A stretch of 36,222 nt of DNA from Beutenbergiaceae bacterium (GCA_039812565.1 JBDIAU010000001.1:1-36222); one strand, 5' to 3'. Numbered from the stretch's first letter, positions 1 to 11,729 are shown. Notes: generated from the letters alone by a model not told the origin. Numbers and translations: made by a program.

Positions 1-453
1 GGCGTAGACCTCGAGCCGACGGCGGATCACGTCCTCCGTGTCGTCGGCGCGACCGGCGACGGTCGCGCGGTGGAGCATGCGGGCCACCACCTCGTGCTCG
101 GCGGCGACGAGCTCGACGACGGCGTCGAGCCCCCGGCCCTGCTCCGCCAGCATCTCGTCGAGCGCCCCGACCTGCTCCACGGTCCTCGGGTAGCCGTCGA
201 GGATGAAGCCCTCCTGGGCGTCGGGGCGCGAGACACGCTCGCGCACCATCGCGTTGGTCACCGAGTCCGGCACGTACTCCCCCGCCGACATGTAGCGCTG
301 GGCGAGCTGCCCGAGGTCGGTACCCGCCGACACGTTCGCCCGGAAGATGTCACCGGTCGAGATCGCCGGCACGCCGAGCCTCTCGGCCAGCCTGGCCGCC
401 TGCGTCCCTTTGCCGGCCCCCGGAGGGCCGAGGAGCACGAGGTGGGCGCTCAT
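1..453 (-). CDS. adk: adenylate kinase, N-terminal 151 codons (C-terminus lies beyond the left edge)
   Basis: Absent from the ORF track because it runs off the edge. Reverse-complement translation from ATG at 453 gives [41 protein letters not shown]... (P-loop GPPGAGKGT) and stays open in frame to base 1 (...[14 protein letters not shown]). The ATG overlaps the secY stop (ATGA at 450-453). Position after secY is as in spc clusters. Confidence 0.9.
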   Translation of the reverse strand, partial: MSAHLVLLGPPGAGKGTQAARLAERLGVPAISTGDIFRANVSAGTDLGQLAQRYMSAGEYVPDSVTNAMVRERVSRPDAQEGFILDGYPRTVEQVGALDEMLAEQGRGLDAVVELVAAEHEVVARMLHRATVAGRADDTEDVIRRRLEVYA

Positions 454-1748
454 CGCAGGAACCCCTCGTAGTGGCGCTGCTGGAGCTGGGCGTCGATCTG
501 CTTGACGGTCTCCAGGCCGACGCCGACGGCGATGAGGATCGACGTCCCGCCGAAGGGGATCGCCGTGCCGATGTCGAGGAGGACGAGCGTGATCGTCGGG
601 ACGAGCGCGACGAGGGCCAGGTAGATCGCACCCGCCGACGTGATGCGCGTGATGACGTAGCGCAGGTACTCCGACGTGGGGCGTCCTGCCCGGATCCCGG
701 GGATGAATCCGCCGTAGCGCTTCATGTTGTCGGCCACCTCGTCCGGGTTGAACGTGATCGAGGTGTAGAAGAACGCGAAGAAGATGATCAGGAGCACGTA
801 GAGCAGGAGGTGGAGCGGCGCCGTCGGGTCCACGATGTTGTTCTGCAGCCAGATCACCCAGCCGGAGGTCTGGTCCGCGAACTGGGCGATCAGCACCGGA
901 AGCGCCAGGATCGACGACGCGAAGATCACGGGGATGACACCCGCCATGTTGATCTTGATCGGGATGTAGGTGCTCGAGCCCCCGTACATCCTTCGCCCGA
1001 CCATCCGCTTGGCGTACTGCACCGGGATCCGCCGTTGCGACTGCTCGACGAACACCACGAGGCCCACGACGAGCACGATCACGCCGATCACAGCCGTGAA
1101 CTTCGCGAAGCCGTCGTTGCCGCCGGCGATGCCCCACAGCGCGGCGGGGAAGCTCGCCATGATCGAGGTGAAGATCAGGAGCGACATGCCGTTGCCGACG
1201 CCGCGCTCCGTGATCAGTTCGGCCATCCACATGATCAGGCCGGTGCCTGCCGTCATGGTGATGACCATGAGGACGATGGTCATCGCGCCGTCGTTCGGGA
1301 TGATCGGCACCGAGCAGCCGGGGAAGAGCTGACCCGAGCGCGCGACGGTGATGATCGTCGTCGACTGGAGCACCGCGAGCGCGATCGTCAGGTAGCGCGT
1401 GTACTGCGTGAGCTTCGCCGTCCCGGACTGCCCCTCCTTGTGGAGGGCTTCGAACCGAGGGATCACCACGCGCAGCAGCTGGATGATGATGCTCGCCGTG
1501 ATGTACGGCATGATCCCCAGCGCGAAGACGGACAGCTGCAGGAGCGCGCCGCCGCTGAAGAGGTTCACCAGACCGAGCAGGTCCGAGCTGCCGCCCGTGG
1601 CGGCCACACAGGTCTGGACGTTCGCGAAGTCCACGCCCGGCGTCGGGATGAAGGAGCCCAGCCGGAACAGGGCCATGATCCCCATCGTGAACAACAGCTT
1701 GCGCCGCAGGTCGGGCGTCCGGAACGCCCGGGCGAATGCGCTGAGCAC
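450..1748 (-). CDS. secY: preprotein translocase subunit SecY
   Basis: Track ORF 450..1808 trimmed to GTG at 1748, which is preceded by AGGAGG (about 1753-1758). Product [39 protein letters not shown]... is a polytopic SecY-type sequence. Located downstream of rplO. Confidence 0.95.
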   Translation of the reverse strand: MLSAFARAFRTPDLRRKLLFTMGIMALFRLGSFIPTPGVDFANVQTCVAATGGSSDLLGLVNLFSGGALLQLSVFALGIMPYITASIIIQLLRVVIPRFEALHKEGQSGTAKLTQYTRYLTIALAVLQSTTIITVARSGQLFPGCSVPIIPNDGAMTIVLMVITMTAGTGLIMWMAELITERGVGNGMSLLIFTSIMASFPAALWGIAGGNDGFAKFTAVIGVIVLVVGLVVFVEQSQRRIPVQYAKRMVGRRMYGGSSTYIPIKINMAGVIPVIFASSILALPVLIAQFADQTSGWVIWLQNNIVDPTAPLHLLLYVLLIIFFAFFYTSITFNPDEVADNMKRYGGFIPGIRAGRPTSEYLRYVITRITSAGAIYLALVALVPTITLVLLDIGTAIPFGGTSILIAVGVGLETVKQIDAQLQQRHYEGFLR

Positions 1749-1836
1749 GCTGCCTCCTGATCGCTGTGCACGCACGGCCGGTGCGCGACGGGCCGTGCGG
1801 CCCCGCACGACATTAGCCGCTCAGGGCCCGATCGCA

Positions 1837-1875
1837 CGTGCGGGCGGCCCGGGTTGCGCCCGGACCGCCCGCACG
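1837..1875 (-). terminator. stem-loop between rplO and secY (possible partial terminator or processing site)
   Basis: cgtgcgggcggcccggg / ttgcg / cccggaccgcccgcacg forms a 17-bp stem with one mismatch. It lies about 20 nt downstream of the rplO stop. No U-tract. Confidence 0.3.
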
Positions 1876-1895
1876 ACGTACGTGGTCGAGGTCGG

Positions 1896-2369
1896 TCAGA
1901 CCTCCGTGACCGTCCCGCCTGCCGCGACGATCTTCTCCTTCGCGGACGCCGAGAACGCCTGGACCGAGACCTCGAGCCTGACGGCGATCTCGCCGCCGCC
2001 GAGGACCTTGACCGGCTGGCCGGAGCGGACCGCGCCCTTGGCCGCGAGGTCCTCCGCGGTCACGACGCCGCCGGCCGGGTAGAGCTCGGCGAGGCGGTCG
2101 AGGTTGACCACCTGGTAGGTCGTGCGGAACGGGTTCTTGAACCCGCGCAGCTTGGGCAGGCGCATGTGGAGCGGCATCTGACCGCCCTCGAACGCCGCGG
2201 GGACCTGGTACCGGGCCTTGGTGCCCTTGGTGCCGCGGCCGGCGGTCTTGCCCTTCGAGCCCTCACCGCGGCCGACGCGCGTCTTCGGGGTGTTGGCCCC
2301 GGGCGCCGGGCGCAGGTGGTGGACCTTCAGCACGCCGCCGGAGCCGCTGCTCGCCGTGGACTTCCCCAT
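1896..2369 (-). CDS. rplO: 50S ribosomal protein L15
   Basis: [49 protein letters not shown]...[23 protein letters not shown] at 2369 has GAGGAGG about 9 nt upstream. An internal GTG at 2333 is an alternative start. Confidence 0.93.
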   Translation of the reverse strand: MGKSTASSGSGGVLKVHHLRPAPGANTPKTRVGRGEGSKGKTAGRGTKGTKARYQVPAAFEGGQMPLHMRLPKLRGFKNPFRTTYQVVNLDRLAELYPAGGVVTAEDLAAKGAVRSGQPVKVLGGGEIAVRLEVSVQAFSASAKEKIVAAGGTVTEV

Positions 2370-2370
2370 G

Positions 2371-2553
2371 TCAGTCGACCTCCTCGACGGTGACGAGGTG
2401 CGCGACCGTCGCCACCATGCCGCGGGTCACGGGCTCGTCGGGCCGGACGACCGAGTCGCCGATCCGCTTGAGCCCGAGGCTCCGCAGCGTGTCCCGCTGG
2501 TTCTGCTTGCCGCCGATGACGGACTTGGTCTGGGTGACCTTGAGCTGCGCCAT
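2371..2553 (-). CDS. rpmD: 50S ribosomal protein L30
   Basis: [47 protein letters not shown]... ATG at 2553 overlaps the rpsE stop (ATGA). The track start at 2556 is a GTG one codon upstream. Confidence 0.93.
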   Translation of the reverse strand: MAQLKVTQTKSVIGGKQNQRDTLRSLGLKRIGDSVVRPDEPVTRGMVATVAHLVTVEEVD

Positions 2554-3227
2554 CACGCACCGGTCCCCGCTGCGGCAGCCGTGGCCGCCGCCTTCTGGCC
2601 GGCCGCCCGGGCCCGCAGCAGCGGGGCGGGGGCCACGTCCTCGAGCGGAAGGCCCCGGCGCGCCGCGACGGCCTCCGGCTGCTCGAGCGACTTCAGCGCG
2701 GCCACCGTCGCGTGGACGATGTTGATCGCGTTGGACGAGCCGAGCGACTTGCTCAGGACGTCGTGGATCCCGGCGCAGTCGAGGACGGCGCGCACCGGAC
2801 CGCCGGCGATGACGCCGGTACCCGGCGACGCCGGCCGCAGGAACACGACGCCGGCAGCGGCCTCGCCCTGCACGACGTGCGGGATGGTGCTCTGGATGCG
2901 CGGGACCTTGAAGAAGTTCTTCTTGGCCTCCTCGACACCCTTCGCGATCGCGGCGGGCACCTCCTTGGCCTTGCCGTAGCCGACGCCGACGGTGCCGTCA
3001 CCGTCGCCGACCACGACGAGCGCCGTGAAGGAGAACCGCCGGCCGCCCTTGACGACCTTGGCGACCCGGTTGATGGTGACGACGCGCTCGATGTACGCGC
3101 TCTTCTCGGTCTCGGCCCCCCGGCGGGAGTCGCGCCGCTCGCGGCGATCCGAGGACCCGGAGCCACCGGCCCCGCCGGCGCCCCCCGGGGCGCCCGAGCC
3201 GCTCCTGCTGCGCTGCGGTGCAGCCAT
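2553..3227 (-). CDS. rpsE: 30S ribosomal protein S5
   Basis: Track ORF 2553..3296 trimmed to ATG 3227 (AAGGA upstream; the longer version overlaps rplR). [50 protein letters not shown] is the S5 core. The Gly/Arg-rich N-terminal tail is usual for actinobacterial S5. Confidence 0.93.
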   Translation of the reverse strand: MAAPQRSRSGSGAPGGAGGAGGSGSSDRRERRDSRRGAETEKSAYIERVVTINRVAKVVKGGRRFSFTALVVVGDGDGTVGVGYGKAKEVPAAIAKGVEEAKKNFFKVPRIQSTIPHVVQGEAAAGVVFLRPASPGTGVIAGGPVRAVLDCAGIHDVLSKSLGSSNAINIVHATVAALKSLEQPEAVAARRGLPLEDVAPAPLLRARAAGQKAAATAAAAGTGA

Positions 3228-3267
3228 CAGACGTTCCTTTGCTCTCGTGCGGAGGATGGGGTGCCGG

Positions 3268-3642
3268 TCACAGGGCCAGACCGCCCTCGCGCGCACCGTC
3301 GGCCACCGCGGCCACCCGGCCGTGGTACTTGTTCCCAGCGCGGTCGAAGACCACGGCGGTGATGCCGGCGGCCTGCGCGCGCTCGGCGATGAGCTCGCCC
3401 ACGCGTCGCGCCTTGTCGACCTTGGCGCCCTCGGCGGCGCGGAGGTCCGCCTCGAGGGTGGAGGCCGAGGCCAGCGTGCGGCCGGCCTGGTCGTCCACGA
3501 GCTGGGCGACCATGTGGCGCGACGAGCGCGTGACGACGAGCCGCGGGCGCGAGGCCGTGCCGCTGACCCGCTTGCGGACCCGGACGTGACGGCGCTTGCG
3601 CGCGACCGCCTTGCCGGAGCCGAGGATGGACAGACCCGACAT
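3268..3642 (-). CDS. rplR: 50S ribosomal protein L18
   Basis: [51 protein letters not shown]...[22 protein letters not shown]. Canonical spc-operon position. Confidence 0.95.
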   Translation of the reverse strand: MSGLSILGSGKAVARKRRHVRVRKRVSGTASRPRLVVTRSSRHMVAQLVDDQAGRTLASASTLEADLRAAEGAKVDKARRVGELIAERAQAAGITAVVFDRAGNKYHGRVAAVADGAREGGLAL

Positions 3643-3644
3643 GG

Positions 3645-4181
3645 CTACTTACCAGCCTTTCCGACCTTGCGGCGGACCTGCTCGCCCGCGTACCGGACGC
3701 CCTTGCCCTTGTAGGGCTCGGGCTTGCGCAGCTTGCGGATGTTCGCGGCGACCTCGCCGACCTGCTGCTTGTCGATGCCGGACACCGTGAACCTGGTCGG
3801 CGCCTCGACGGTGAACGTGATGCCGGACGGCGGCTCGACGACCACGGGGTGCGAGAAGCCGAGCGCGAACTCGAGGTTCGAACCCTTCGCGACCACGCGG
3901 TAACCGGTGCCGACGATCTCGAGCTTCTTCTGGTAGCCGTCCGTGACGCCCACCACCAGGTTCGACAGGAGCGTCCGGGTGAGGCCGTGCAGAGAGCGCG
4001 ACAGACGCTCGTCGTCGGGCCGGGTCACGACGAGCGTGCCGTTCTCCTGGGCGACCTCGATGGGGCTCGGGATCGTGTGCGTGAGGGTGCCCTTGGGGCC
4101 CTTCACCGTGACGACGTCGCTGTCGATCGTGACCGTGACGCCGGCCGGGACCGGGACCGGGACCTTGCCGATGCGGGACAT
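3645..4181 (-). CDS. rplF: 50S ribosomal protein L6
   Basis: [37 protein letters not shown]...[26 protein letters not shown]. Confidence 0.95.
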   Translation of the reverse strand: MSRIGKVPVPVPAGVTVTIDSDVVTVKGPKGTLTHTIPSPIEVAQENGTLVVTRPDDERLSRSLHGLTRTLLSNLVVGVTDGYQKKLEIVGTGYRVVAKGSNLEFALGFSHPVVVEPPSGITFTVEAPTRFTVSGIDKQQVGEVAANIRKLRKPEPYKGKGVRYAGEQVRRKVGKAGK

Positions 4182-4208
4182 GGCTCTTCTCCTTCCGTGT
4201 CCGCCGGG

Positions 4209-4607
4209 CTACCAGACGTAGGCGAGGACTTCCCCACCCACGCCCTTCTTGGCCGCCTGCCGGTCCGTGAGCAGGCCCGACGACGTCGAGATGATCGCGA
4301 CGCCGAGGCCACCGAGCACACGGGGCAGGTTGGACGACTTGGCGTAGACGCGCAGGCCGGGCTTCGAGATGCGCCGGACACCCGCGAGCGAACGCTCGCG
4401 GCTCGGGCCGTACTTGAGGGTGAGCGTGAGCTTCTTGCCCACCTCGGCGTCCTCGACGGTCCAGCCGCTGATGTAGCCCTCCGCCGTGAGGATCTCGGCG
4501 ATGTGGGCCTTGAGCTTCGAGTACGGCATGGCGACCGTCTCGTGGTACGCGGAGTTCGCGTTCCGCAGACGCGTGAGCATGTCTGCGATGGGATCTGTCA
4601 TGGTCAT
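4209..4607 (-). CDS. rpsH: 30S ribosomal protein S8
   Basis: [46 protein letters not shown]...[10 protein letters not shown] second in-frame ATG lies at 4601. Confidence 0.95.
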   Translation of the reverse strand: MTMTDPIADMLTRLRNANSAYHETVAMPYSKLKAHIAEILTAEGYISGWTVEDAEVGKKLTLTLKYGPSRERSLAGVRRISKPGLRVYAKSSNLPRVLGGLGVAIISTSSGLLTDRQAAKKGVGGEVLAYVW

Positions 4608-4662
4608 CGGGCTACTCGCCCTTCCTCGTCGCGGTTTCCCTCTCGGACCTGCGACGTAGTCG

Positions 4663-4848
4663 TTACCAGCTGCTCTTGGTCACACCTGGGAGCTGTCCGC
4701 GCAGCGCCATCTCGCGAAGGCACACGCGGCACAGGCCGAACTTCTTGTACACCGAGCGCGGGCGGCCGCACCGCTGGCACCGGGTGTAGGCGCGCACGGA
4801 GAACTTGGGCGTCCGAGCGGCCTTCTGGATCAGGGCGGTCTTCGCCAC
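4663..4848 (-). CDS. rpsN: 30S ribosomal protein S14, short zinc-ribbon (type Z) form, 61 aa
   Basis: Track ORF 4663..4950 trimmed to GTG 4848, one base after the rplE stop. [61 protein letters not shown] carries CxxC...CxxC. Confidence 0.9.
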   Translation of the reverse strand: MAKTALIQKAARTPKFSVRAYTRCQRCGRPRSVYKKFGLCRVCLREMALRGQLPGVTKSSW

Positions 4849-4849
4849 G

Positions 4850-5569
4850 TCAGTTCTCCTTGAAGGGGAAGCCCAGGCGGCGCAGGAGCGACCGTCCCTC
4901 GGCGTCGGTGGTCGCCGACGTGACGACCGTGATGTCCATGCCGCGGACACGGTCGATCCGGTCCGGGTCGATCTCGTGGAACATCGACTGCTCCGTGAGG
5001 CCGAAGGTGTAGTTGCCGTTCCCGTCGAACTGCACCGGCGAGAGCCCGCGGAAGTCGCGGATCCGCGGGAGCGCCAGCGAGAGCAGGCGGTCCAGGAACT
5101 CCCACATCCGGTCGCCGCGCAGCGTCACGTGCGCGCCGATCGGCATGCCCTCGCGGAGCTTGAACTGCGCGATCGACTTGCGCGCCTTGGTCACCTGCGG
5201 CTTCTGCCCGGTGATGAGGGCGAGGTCGCGGATCGCGCCCTCGATGAGCTTCGAGTCGCGCGCCGCCTCGCCGACGCCCATGTTCACGACGATCTTCTGA
5301 AGGCCGGGGACCTGGTTGATGTTGGCGTACGCGAACTCGGTGTGCAGCGCGGGGACGATCTCCTCGCGGTACCGGAGCTTGAGCCGCGGCGGGGTCTCGC
5401 TCGAGGCCCGCGCGCGCCCGGGAGCCGGCTGGAGCGGCGCGACGGCCCGCCCCGTGCCGGTGGACTTGGGCTGCGCCGGCATGCTCTTCGCGGCCGCGTT
5501 CTTGCGCTGCGGGGTCTTGCCCTTGGCAGCCCCGGCCTTGCCCTTGGTCGCCGTAGCGGTCTTCGCCAT
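4850..5569 (-). CDS. rplE: 50S ribosomal protein L5 with Lys/Ala/Pro-rich N-terminal extension
   Basis: The core [19 protein letters not shown]...[31 protein letters not shown]...GFPFKEN is L5. ATG at 5569 overlaps the rplX stop (ATGA). An alternative internal ATG lies at 5482. Confidence 0.9.
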   Translation of the reverse strand: MAKTATATKGKAGAAKGKTPQRKNAAAKSMPAQPKSTGTGRAVAPLQPAPGRARASSETPPRLKLRYREEIVPALHTEFAYANINQVPGLQKIVVNMGVGEAARDSKLIEGAIRDLALITGQKPQVTKARKSIAQFKLREGMPIGAHVTLRGDRMWEFLDRLLSLALPRIRDFRGLSPVQFDGNGNYTFGLTEQSMFHEIDPDRIDRVRGMDITVVTSATTDAEGRSLLRRLGFPFKEN

Positions 5570-5910
5570 CAGATGTCCTCACCGGAGCGCTTGGCCACCC
5601 GGACCCGCACCGTGCGGGTGCGGCCGTCGCGCTCGATCGTCTCCGTGCGGTAGCCGACCCGGGTGCCCTTCTTGGTCTCCGGGTCGACGAGCATCACGTT
5701 GCTCACGTGGATCGGCGCCTCGACGGTCTCGACCCCGCCGGTCCGCGAGCCGCGCTGGCTCTGCCCGACCTTCGTGTGCTTCTTCACGCGCTGGATGCCC
5801 TCGACGAGGACGCGGTCCTCGTCCGGGCGCACCTCGAGCACGCGACCCTGCTTGCCGCGGTCACGGCCGCTGATGACGACCACGAGGTCGCCCTTCTTGA
5901 TCTTGGCCAT
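5569..5910 (-). CDS. rplX: 50S ribosomal protein L24
   Basis: [47 protein letters not shown]... (KOW motif). Confidence 0.95.
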   Translation of the reverse strand: MAKIKKGDLVVVISGRDRGKQGRVLEVRPDEDRVLVEGIQRVKKHTKVGQSQRGSRTGGVETVEAPIHVSNVMLVDPETKKGTRVGYRTETIERDGRTRTVRVRVAKRSGEDI

Positions 5911-5912
5911 GG

Positions 5913-6281
5913 CTACAGCACCTCCGGTGCCAGCGAGATGATCCGCATGAACTTCTTGTCGCGCAGCTCGCGGCCCACCGGGCCGAAGATGCGGGTGCCT
6001 CGCGGCTCGCCGTCGTTCTTCAGGATCACGGCGGCGTTCTCGTCGAAGCGGATGTACGAGCCGTCCGGGCGCCGGCGCTCCTTCTTCGTGCGCACGACGA
6101 CGGCCTTGACGACGTCGCCCTTCTTCACGTTCCCGCCCGGGATCGCGTCCTTCACGGTGGCGACGATGACGTCACCGATGCCGGCATAGCGCCGACCGGA
6201 GCCGCCGAGCACACGGATGCACAGGATCTCCTTGGCACCCGTGTTGTCGGCGACCTTCAGTCGCGACTCCTGCTGGATCAT
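5913..6281 (-). CDS. rplN: 50S ribosomal protein L14
   Basis: [50 protein letters not shown]... AGGAG lies 8 nt upstream of the ATG. Confidence 0.96.
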   Translation of the reverse strand: MIQQESRLKVADNTGAKEILCIRVLGGSGRRYAGIGDVIVATVKDAIPGGNVKKGDVVKAVVVRTKKERRRPDGSYIRFDENAAVILKNDGEPRGTRIFGPVGRELRDKKFMRIISLAPEVL

Positions 6282-6382
6282 TCATCTGCTCCTGTCGTCT
6301 GCCGGTTCTCGCCCGCGCGAGCCTGGCCGAACGGATGGGGGTCGTGGTCGTCGGGGCCGGGGCCCCGGGCGACGGGTGCGGC

Positions 6383-6664
6383 CTACTTGGCCTTCTCGAG
6401 GATCTCGACGATCCGCCACCGCTTCTGGGCGGACAGCGGACGGGTCTCCATGATCAGGACGAGGTCGCCGACGCCGGCCGCGTTGGCCTCGTCGTGCGCC
6501 TTGACCTTGCTGGTCCGCCGGATGACCTTGCCGTAGAGCGCGTGCTTCACGCGGTCCTCGACCTCGACCACGACGGTCTTGTCCATCTTGTCGCTGACGA
6601 CGTAGCCGCGCCGGATCTTGCGGTAGGGCCGGGACGTCGCCTCGGGCGTGCTGGTGCTGCTCAT
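6383..6664 (-). CDS. rpsQ: 30S ribosomal protein S17
   Basis: Track ORF 6383..6928 trimmed to ATG 6664, downstream of the rpmC stop. [59 protein letters not shown]... Confidence 0.93.
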   Translation of the reverse strand: MSSTSTPEATSRPYRKIRRGYVVSDKMDKTVVVEVEDRVKHALYGKVIRRTSKVKAHDEANAAGVGDLVLIMETRPLSAQKRWRIVEILEKAK

Positions 6665-6675
6665 GATCGTCTCGC

Positions 6676-6915
6676 TCACTTCACGTCGCCGGGCGCGGTG
6701 CGGATGCCGAGCTCGCGCTCGCGCAGGATCGTGTAGATCCGGGCGATGTCGCGACGCACGGCCTTGAGCCGGCCGTGGCTCTCGAGCTGGCCGGTGGCGG
6801 AGGCGAACCGGAGGTTGAAGAGCTCCTCCTTCGCCTTGCGGAGCTCCGCGGCCAGCCGCTCGTCGTCCATCGTGTCGAGCTCGTTCGTCGCGAGCTCCTT
6901 CGTACCGATGGCCAT
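6676..6915 (-). CDS. rpmC: 50S ribosomal protein L29
   Basis: [69 protein letters not shown] 6915 overlaps the rplP stop (ATGA). The track start at 6918 is a GTG one codon upstream. Confidence 0.93.
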   Translation of the reverse strand: MAIGTKELATNELDTMDDERLAAELRKAKEELFNLRFASATGQLESHGRLKAVRRDIARIYTILRERELGIRTAPGDVK

Positions 6916-7334
6916 CACGCGTCACCACCCTCGCGCCGCAGGAAGCGGGTCTTCATCGGGAGCTTGTGCTGCGCGCGGCGCATGGCCTCGCGCGCCAGCG
7001 GCTCGGGGACACCGGCGAGCTCGAACATCACTCGGCCGGGCTTGACGTTGGCGATCCACCACTCCGGCGAACCCTTGCCGGAACCCATGCGGGTCTCGGC
7101 CGGCTTCTTGGTGAGCGGCCGGTCGGGGTAGATCGTGATCCAGACCTTGCCACCGCGCTTGATGTGGCGGGTCATGGCGATACGCGCGGCCTCGATCTGC
7201 CGGTTGGTGACGTACGCGGGCTCCAGCGCCTGGATCGCGTAGTCGCCGAAGGTGATCTCGTTGCCGCCCTTCGACGCGCCGCCGCGCGTGGGGTGGTGCT
7301 GCTTGCGGTGCTTCGTCCGCCGGGGGATGAGCAC
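6915..7334 (-). CDS. rplP: 50S ribosomal protein L16
   Basis: (GTG)[65 protein letters not shown]... Confidence 0.95.
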   Translation of the reverse strand: MLIPRRTKHRKQHHPTRGGASKGGNEITFGDYAIQALEPAYVTNRQIEAARIAMTRHIKRGGKVWITIYPDRPLTKKPAETRMGSGKGSPEWWIANVKPGRVMFELAGVPEPLAREAMRRAQHKLPMKTRFLRREGGDA

Positions 7335-7337
7335 GGC

Positions 7338-8138
7338 TCAGGCCTCCGTTCCGGTGCTCGCCGACGCCACCGGCTCCGCCGTGGCCTCGGGGGCGCTCGA
7401 CTGACCCTCGCCGGCGTCGCGGCGAGGACGCGAGGGGCGGTCGCCGCGGCCGCGCGGGGCCCGGGGGGCCGCCGCCGCCTGCTCGCGGGCGAACTCCTTC
7501 TCGGTGATGTCGCCCTTGTAGATCCAGACCTTCACGCCGATCCGGCCGAAGGTGGTGCGGGCCTCGAAGAACCCGTAGTCGATGTTCGCGCGGAGCGTGT
7601 GCAGCGGCACCCGACCCTCGCGGTAGAACTCGCTGCGGCTCATCTCGGCGCCGCCGAGGCGGCCCGAGCACTGGACCCTGATGCCCCGCGCCCCGGCGCG
7701 CTGCGCGGACTGCATGCCCTTGCGCATCGCGCGCCGGAACGAGACGCGGCTCGCGAGCTGCTCCGCGATGCCCTGGGCGACCAGCTGCGCGTCGAGCTCG
7801 GGGTTCTTGACCTCGAGGATGTTCAGCTGGACCTGCTTGCCCGTGAGCTTCTCGAGCTCGGAGCGCAGCCGGTCGGCCTCGGCGCCACGGCGGCCGATGA
7901 CGATGCCGGGACGCGCGGTGTGCAGGTCGACGCGGACCCGGTCGCGGGTGCGCTCGATGTCCACCTTCGAGATGCCGGCGCGCTCGAGACCGCTCACCAT
8001 CAGCTTGCGGATGGCGACGTCCTCGCGCACGTAGTCGCGGTAGCGCTGGCCGACCTTGGTGCTGTCCGCGAACCACCGCGAGCGGTGGTCCGTCGTGATG
8101 CCCAGCCGGAACCCGGTCGGGTTGACCTTCTGACCCAC
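7338..8138 (-). CDS. rpsC: 30S ribosomal protein S3
   Basis: (GTG)[45 protein letters not shown]... (KH domain). Has an Ala/Pro/Arg-rich C-terminal tail. The start overlaps the rplV stop (TAGTG). Confidence 0.95.
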   Translation of the reverse strand: MGQKVNPTGFRLGITTDHRSRWFADSTKVGQRYRDYVREDVAIRKLMVSGLERAGISKVDIERTRDRVRVDLHTARPGIVIGRRGAEADRLRSELEKLTGKQVQLNILEVKNPELDAQLVAQGIAEQLASRVSFRRAMRKGMQSAQRAGARGIRVQCSGRLGGAEMSRSEFYREGRVPLHTLRANIDYGFFEARTTFGRIGVKVWIYKGDITEKEFAREQAAAAPRAPRGRGDRPSRPRRDAGEGQSSAPEATAEPVASASTGTEA

Positions 8139-8536
8139 TATCGGGTCCTCCCCTTCGTGCTGCGGGCCGCGGCGTGCGCGGCGGAGGGCTCGCGCTCGGC
8201 GACCACCACGGTGATGTGGCTCGTGCGCTTGAGGATGCGCCCGGCGCGGCCCTGAGCCCGCGGGCGGAACCGCTTCAGCGACGGCCCCTCGTCCACGTAG
8301 GCCTCGGTCACGACGAGGCTGCGCTCGTCGAACGCGACCGAGTCACGGTCCGCCTTCACGCGGGCGTTGGCGACCGCGCTCTCGACGACCTTCCGCACCG
8401 TCTCCGCGGCCGCCTGGGGCGCGAACCGGAGGAGGGTCACCGCCTCGTCGGCCTGCTTGCCGCGGACGAGGTCCACCACCCGGCGGGCCTTCTGCGGCGT
8501 GACGCGGACGTATCGCGCCTGCGCCTTCGCTTCCAT
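8138..8536 (-). CDS. rplV: 50S ribosomal protein L22
   Basis: [58 protein letters not shown]... Confidence 0.95.
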   Translation of the reverse strand: MEAKAQARYVRVTPQKARRVVDLVRGKQADEAVTLLRFAPQAAAETVRKVVESAVANARVKADRDSVAFDERSLVVTEAYVDEGPSLKRFRPRAQGRAGRILKRTSHITVVVAEREPSAAHAAARSTKGRTR

Positions 8537-8588
8537 CGATGTCCTGCCTTCGTCTCGGATCGAGCTCTGGGTGATCAGGTCACCGCCG

Positions 8589-8870
8589 TCAGCGGCGGCG
8601 ACCCTTCCGGTCGTCCTTCTCGTGCCCGCGGAACGTCCGCGTCGGGGCGAACTCGCCCAGCTTGTGGCCGACCATCGACTCGGTGACGAAGACCGGGACG
8701 TGCTTGCGGCCGTCGTGCACGGCGAACGTGTGGCCCAGGAAGTCGGGCGTGATGACCGACCGGCGGGACCACGTCTTGATGACGTTCTTCGTTCCCTTGG
8801 CGTTCTGGACGTCCACCTTCTTCTGCAGGTGGTCGTCGACGAACGGCCCCTTCTTCAGGCTGCGCGGCAT
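8589..8870 (-). CDS. rpsS: 30S ribosomal protein S19
   Basis: Track ORF 8589..8978 trimmed to ATG 8870, downstream of the rplB stop. [62 protein letters not shown]... Confidence 0.95.
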   Translation of the reverse strand: MPRSLKKGPFVDDHLQKKVDVQNAKGTKNVIKTWSRRSVITPDFLGHTFAVHDGRKHVPVFVTESMVGHKLGEFAPTRTFRGHEKDDRKGRRR

Positions 8871-8887
8871 GCCGTCGCCCCTCCTTC

Positions 8888-9724
<837 letters not shown>

Positions 9725-9765
9725 GGGACTGTGTCCTAACTCGTGCCTGGCGGGGGGCGGCGGCG

Positions 9766-10068
9766 TCAGCCGACCGGGCCGCCGAAGATGTCGATGGTGC
9801 CCTCGCGCAGCGTGACGATCGCGCGCTTGGTGTCCTTGCGCCGGCCGATGCCGTAGCGGGTGCGCCGCTGCTTGCCCTTGCGGTTCACCGTGTTGACGGA
9901 CGCGACCTTGACGCCGAACACCTGCTCGACGGCGATCTTGATCTCCGTCTTGTTCGAGCGCGGGTCCACGACGAAGGTGTACTTGCCCTCGTCGAGCAGG
10001 CCGTAGCTCTTCTCGGAGACGACCGGCGCGATCAGCACGTCGCGCGGGTCCTTCGTCCAGACGCTCAC
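9766..10068 (-). CDS. rplW: 50S ribosomal protein L23
   Basis: Track ORF 9766..10233 trimmed to GTG 10068, which overlaps the rplD stop (GTGA). [55 protein letters not shown]... Confidence 0.9.
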   Translation of the reverse strand: MSVWTKDPRDVLIAPVVSEKSYGLLDEGKYTFVVDPRSNKTEIKIAVEQVFGVKVASVNTVNRKGKQRRTRYGIGRRKDTKRAIVTLREGTIDIFGGPVG

Positions 10069-10730
10069 TGGGTGACCTCCTTGGCCTCGTCGGCGCCCTG
10101 CGCCGCCCGGGCGAGGAACGCCTCGAGCGCCGGCGCCGTGAACACGACGTCGTCGTTCACGAGCACGTCGTACGTGTTGAGCTGGTCCGGCGTGAGGAGG
10201 TGGACGCTCGCGACGTTGCGCAAGCTCTTCCACGTGACCTCGTCGGCGCGCGGCACGACCACCAGGATCCGACGGGCCGTCGTCACCGCGCCGAGCGCGG
10301 CGACCGCCGCGCGCGTCGAGGGGGCGTCGCCCGCGACGAGCTCAGCGACCACGTGGACGCGGCCGGCACGAGCACGGTCGGACAGAGCGCCGCGCAGGGC
10401 GGCCGCCTTCATCTTCTTCGGGGTGCGCTGGACGTAGGACCGCGGCTGCGGGCCGTGGACGGTGCCACCACCGGCGAACTGCGGTGCGCGGGTCGACCCC
10501 TGACGGGCCCGGCCGGTGCCCTTCTGCTTGTACGGCTTCTTGCCGCCGCCGCGCACCTCTCCACGGGTCTTCGTGGCGTGCGTACCCTGGCGGGCCGCGG
10601 CGAGCTGCGCCACGACCACCTGGTGGATGAGCGGGACGTTCGTCTGGACGTCGAAGACCTCCGCGGGCAGGTCGGCCGTGCCGGCCTTCGCGCCCGTGCG
10701 GCCCTCGCCGCCGACTCGGGTGTCAGCCAT
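10065..10730 (-). CDS. rplD: 50S ribosomal protein L4
   Basis: [89 protein letters not shown]... Confidence 0.95.
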   Translation of the reverse strand: MADTRVGGEGRTGAKAGTADLPAEVFDVQTNVPLIHQVVVAQLAAARQGTHATKTRGEVRGGGKKPYKQKGTGRARQGSTRAPQFAGGGTVHGPQPRSYVQRTPKKMKAAALRGALSDRARAGRVHVVAELVAGDAPSTRAAVAALGAVTTARRILVVVPRADEVTWKSLRNVASVHLLTPDQLNTYDVLVNDDVVFTAPALEAFLARAAQGADEAKEVTQ

Positions 10731-10737
10731 GGTCAGC

Positions 10738-11409
10738 TCACGCGCCCTTCACGGCCGAGCGGACGACGACGACGCCGCCCTTCGGTCCCGGCACGGCGCC
10801 CGCGACGAGGAGGAGGCCCTTCTCGGCGTCGATCGCCTGGATCGTCAGGTTCTGGGTCGTCTGGCGGACGTTGCCGAGACGACCGGCCATGCGCAGGCCC
10901 TTGAAGACCCGCGACGGCGTCGAGGCCGCGCCGATGGAGCCCGGCTTGCGGTGGTTGCGGTGGGAGCCGTGCGAGGCGCCGACGCCCGAGAAGCCGTGGC
11001 GCTTCATGACACCGGCGGTGCCCTTGCCCTTGGTCGTGCCGACGACGTCGACACGGGCCCCCGCCTCGAAGACGTCGGCGCCCAGCTCCTGGCCGAGGCT
11101 GAAGGTGCCGGCGTCCGCGGTGCGGATCTCGGCGAGGTGGCGCCGCGGCGTCACCCCGGCCTTCGCGAAATGGCCCTTGAGGGGCTGGGTGACCTTGCGA
11201 GGGTCGATCTGGCCGAAGGCCAGCTGGACGGCGTCGTAGCCGTCGGTCTCCGTGGTGCGCACCTGCGTGACGACGTTGGTGCCCACCTGCACGACGGTCA
11301 CGGGGACGACGCGCCCGGCGGCGTCCCAGACCTGAGTCATGCCGAGCTTCGTGCCGAGCAGCGCCGTCACGGCGGCGCCGGCCGAGGCCTGCTGGGTGGT
11401 GGTGGTCAT
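10738..11409 (-). CDS. rplC: 50S ribosomal protein L3
   Basis: Track ORF 10738..11916 trimmed to ATG 11409, downstream of the rpsJ stop. [52 protein letters not shown]... Confidence 0.95.
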   Translation of the reverse strand: MTTTTQQASAGAAVTALLGTKLGMTQVWDAAGRVVPVTVVQVGTNVVTQVRTTETDGYDAVQLAFGQIDPRKVTQPLKGHFAKAGVTPRRHLAEIRTADAGTFSLGQELGADVFEAGARVDVVGTTKGKGTAGVMKRHGFSGVGASHGSHRNHRKPGSIGAASTPSRVFKGLRMAGRLGNVRQTTQNLTIQAIDAEKGLLLVAGAVPGPKGGVVVVRSAVKGA

Positions 11410-11420
11410 CGCGGGGCTCC

Positions 11421-11729
11421 TCAGAGCTTGATCTCGATGTTGACGTCGGCCGGGAGGTCGAGCCGCATGAGCGAGTCCACGGCCTTCGGCGTCGGGTCGA
11501 TGATGTCGATGAGCCGCTTGTGCGTGCGCATCTCGAAGTGCTCGCGGCTGTCCTTGTACTTGTGGGGCGACCGGATGACGCAGAAGACGTTCTTCTCCGT
11601 CGGCAGCGGCACCGGGCCCACGACCGTCGCGCCGGCGCGGGTCACCGTGTCGACGATCTTGCGCGCCGAGCTGTCGATGACCTCGTGGTCGTAGGACTTG
11701 AGCCGGATGCGGATCTTCTGTCCCGCCAT
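11421..11729 (-). CDS. rpsJ: 30S ribosomal protein S10
   Basis: Track ORF 11421..11891 trimmed to ATG 11729. [76 protein letters not shown]... Confidence 0.96.
   Translation of the reverse strand: MAGQKIRIRLKSYDHEVIDSSARKIVDTVTRAGATVVGPVPLPTEKNVFCVIRSPHKYKDSREHFEMRTHKRLIDIIDPTPKAVDSLMRLDLPADVNIEIKL

Noticed and set aside
2553-8138. Low-complexity terminal tails on S5 (Gly/Arg N-terminal, Ala-rich C-terminal), S3 (C-terminal), L22 (C-terminal), L4 and S17 (N-terminal)
   Set aside because: Comparable extensions are a known general feature of actinobacterial ribosomal proteins. Only the L5 extension seems longer than what I recall for reference species.
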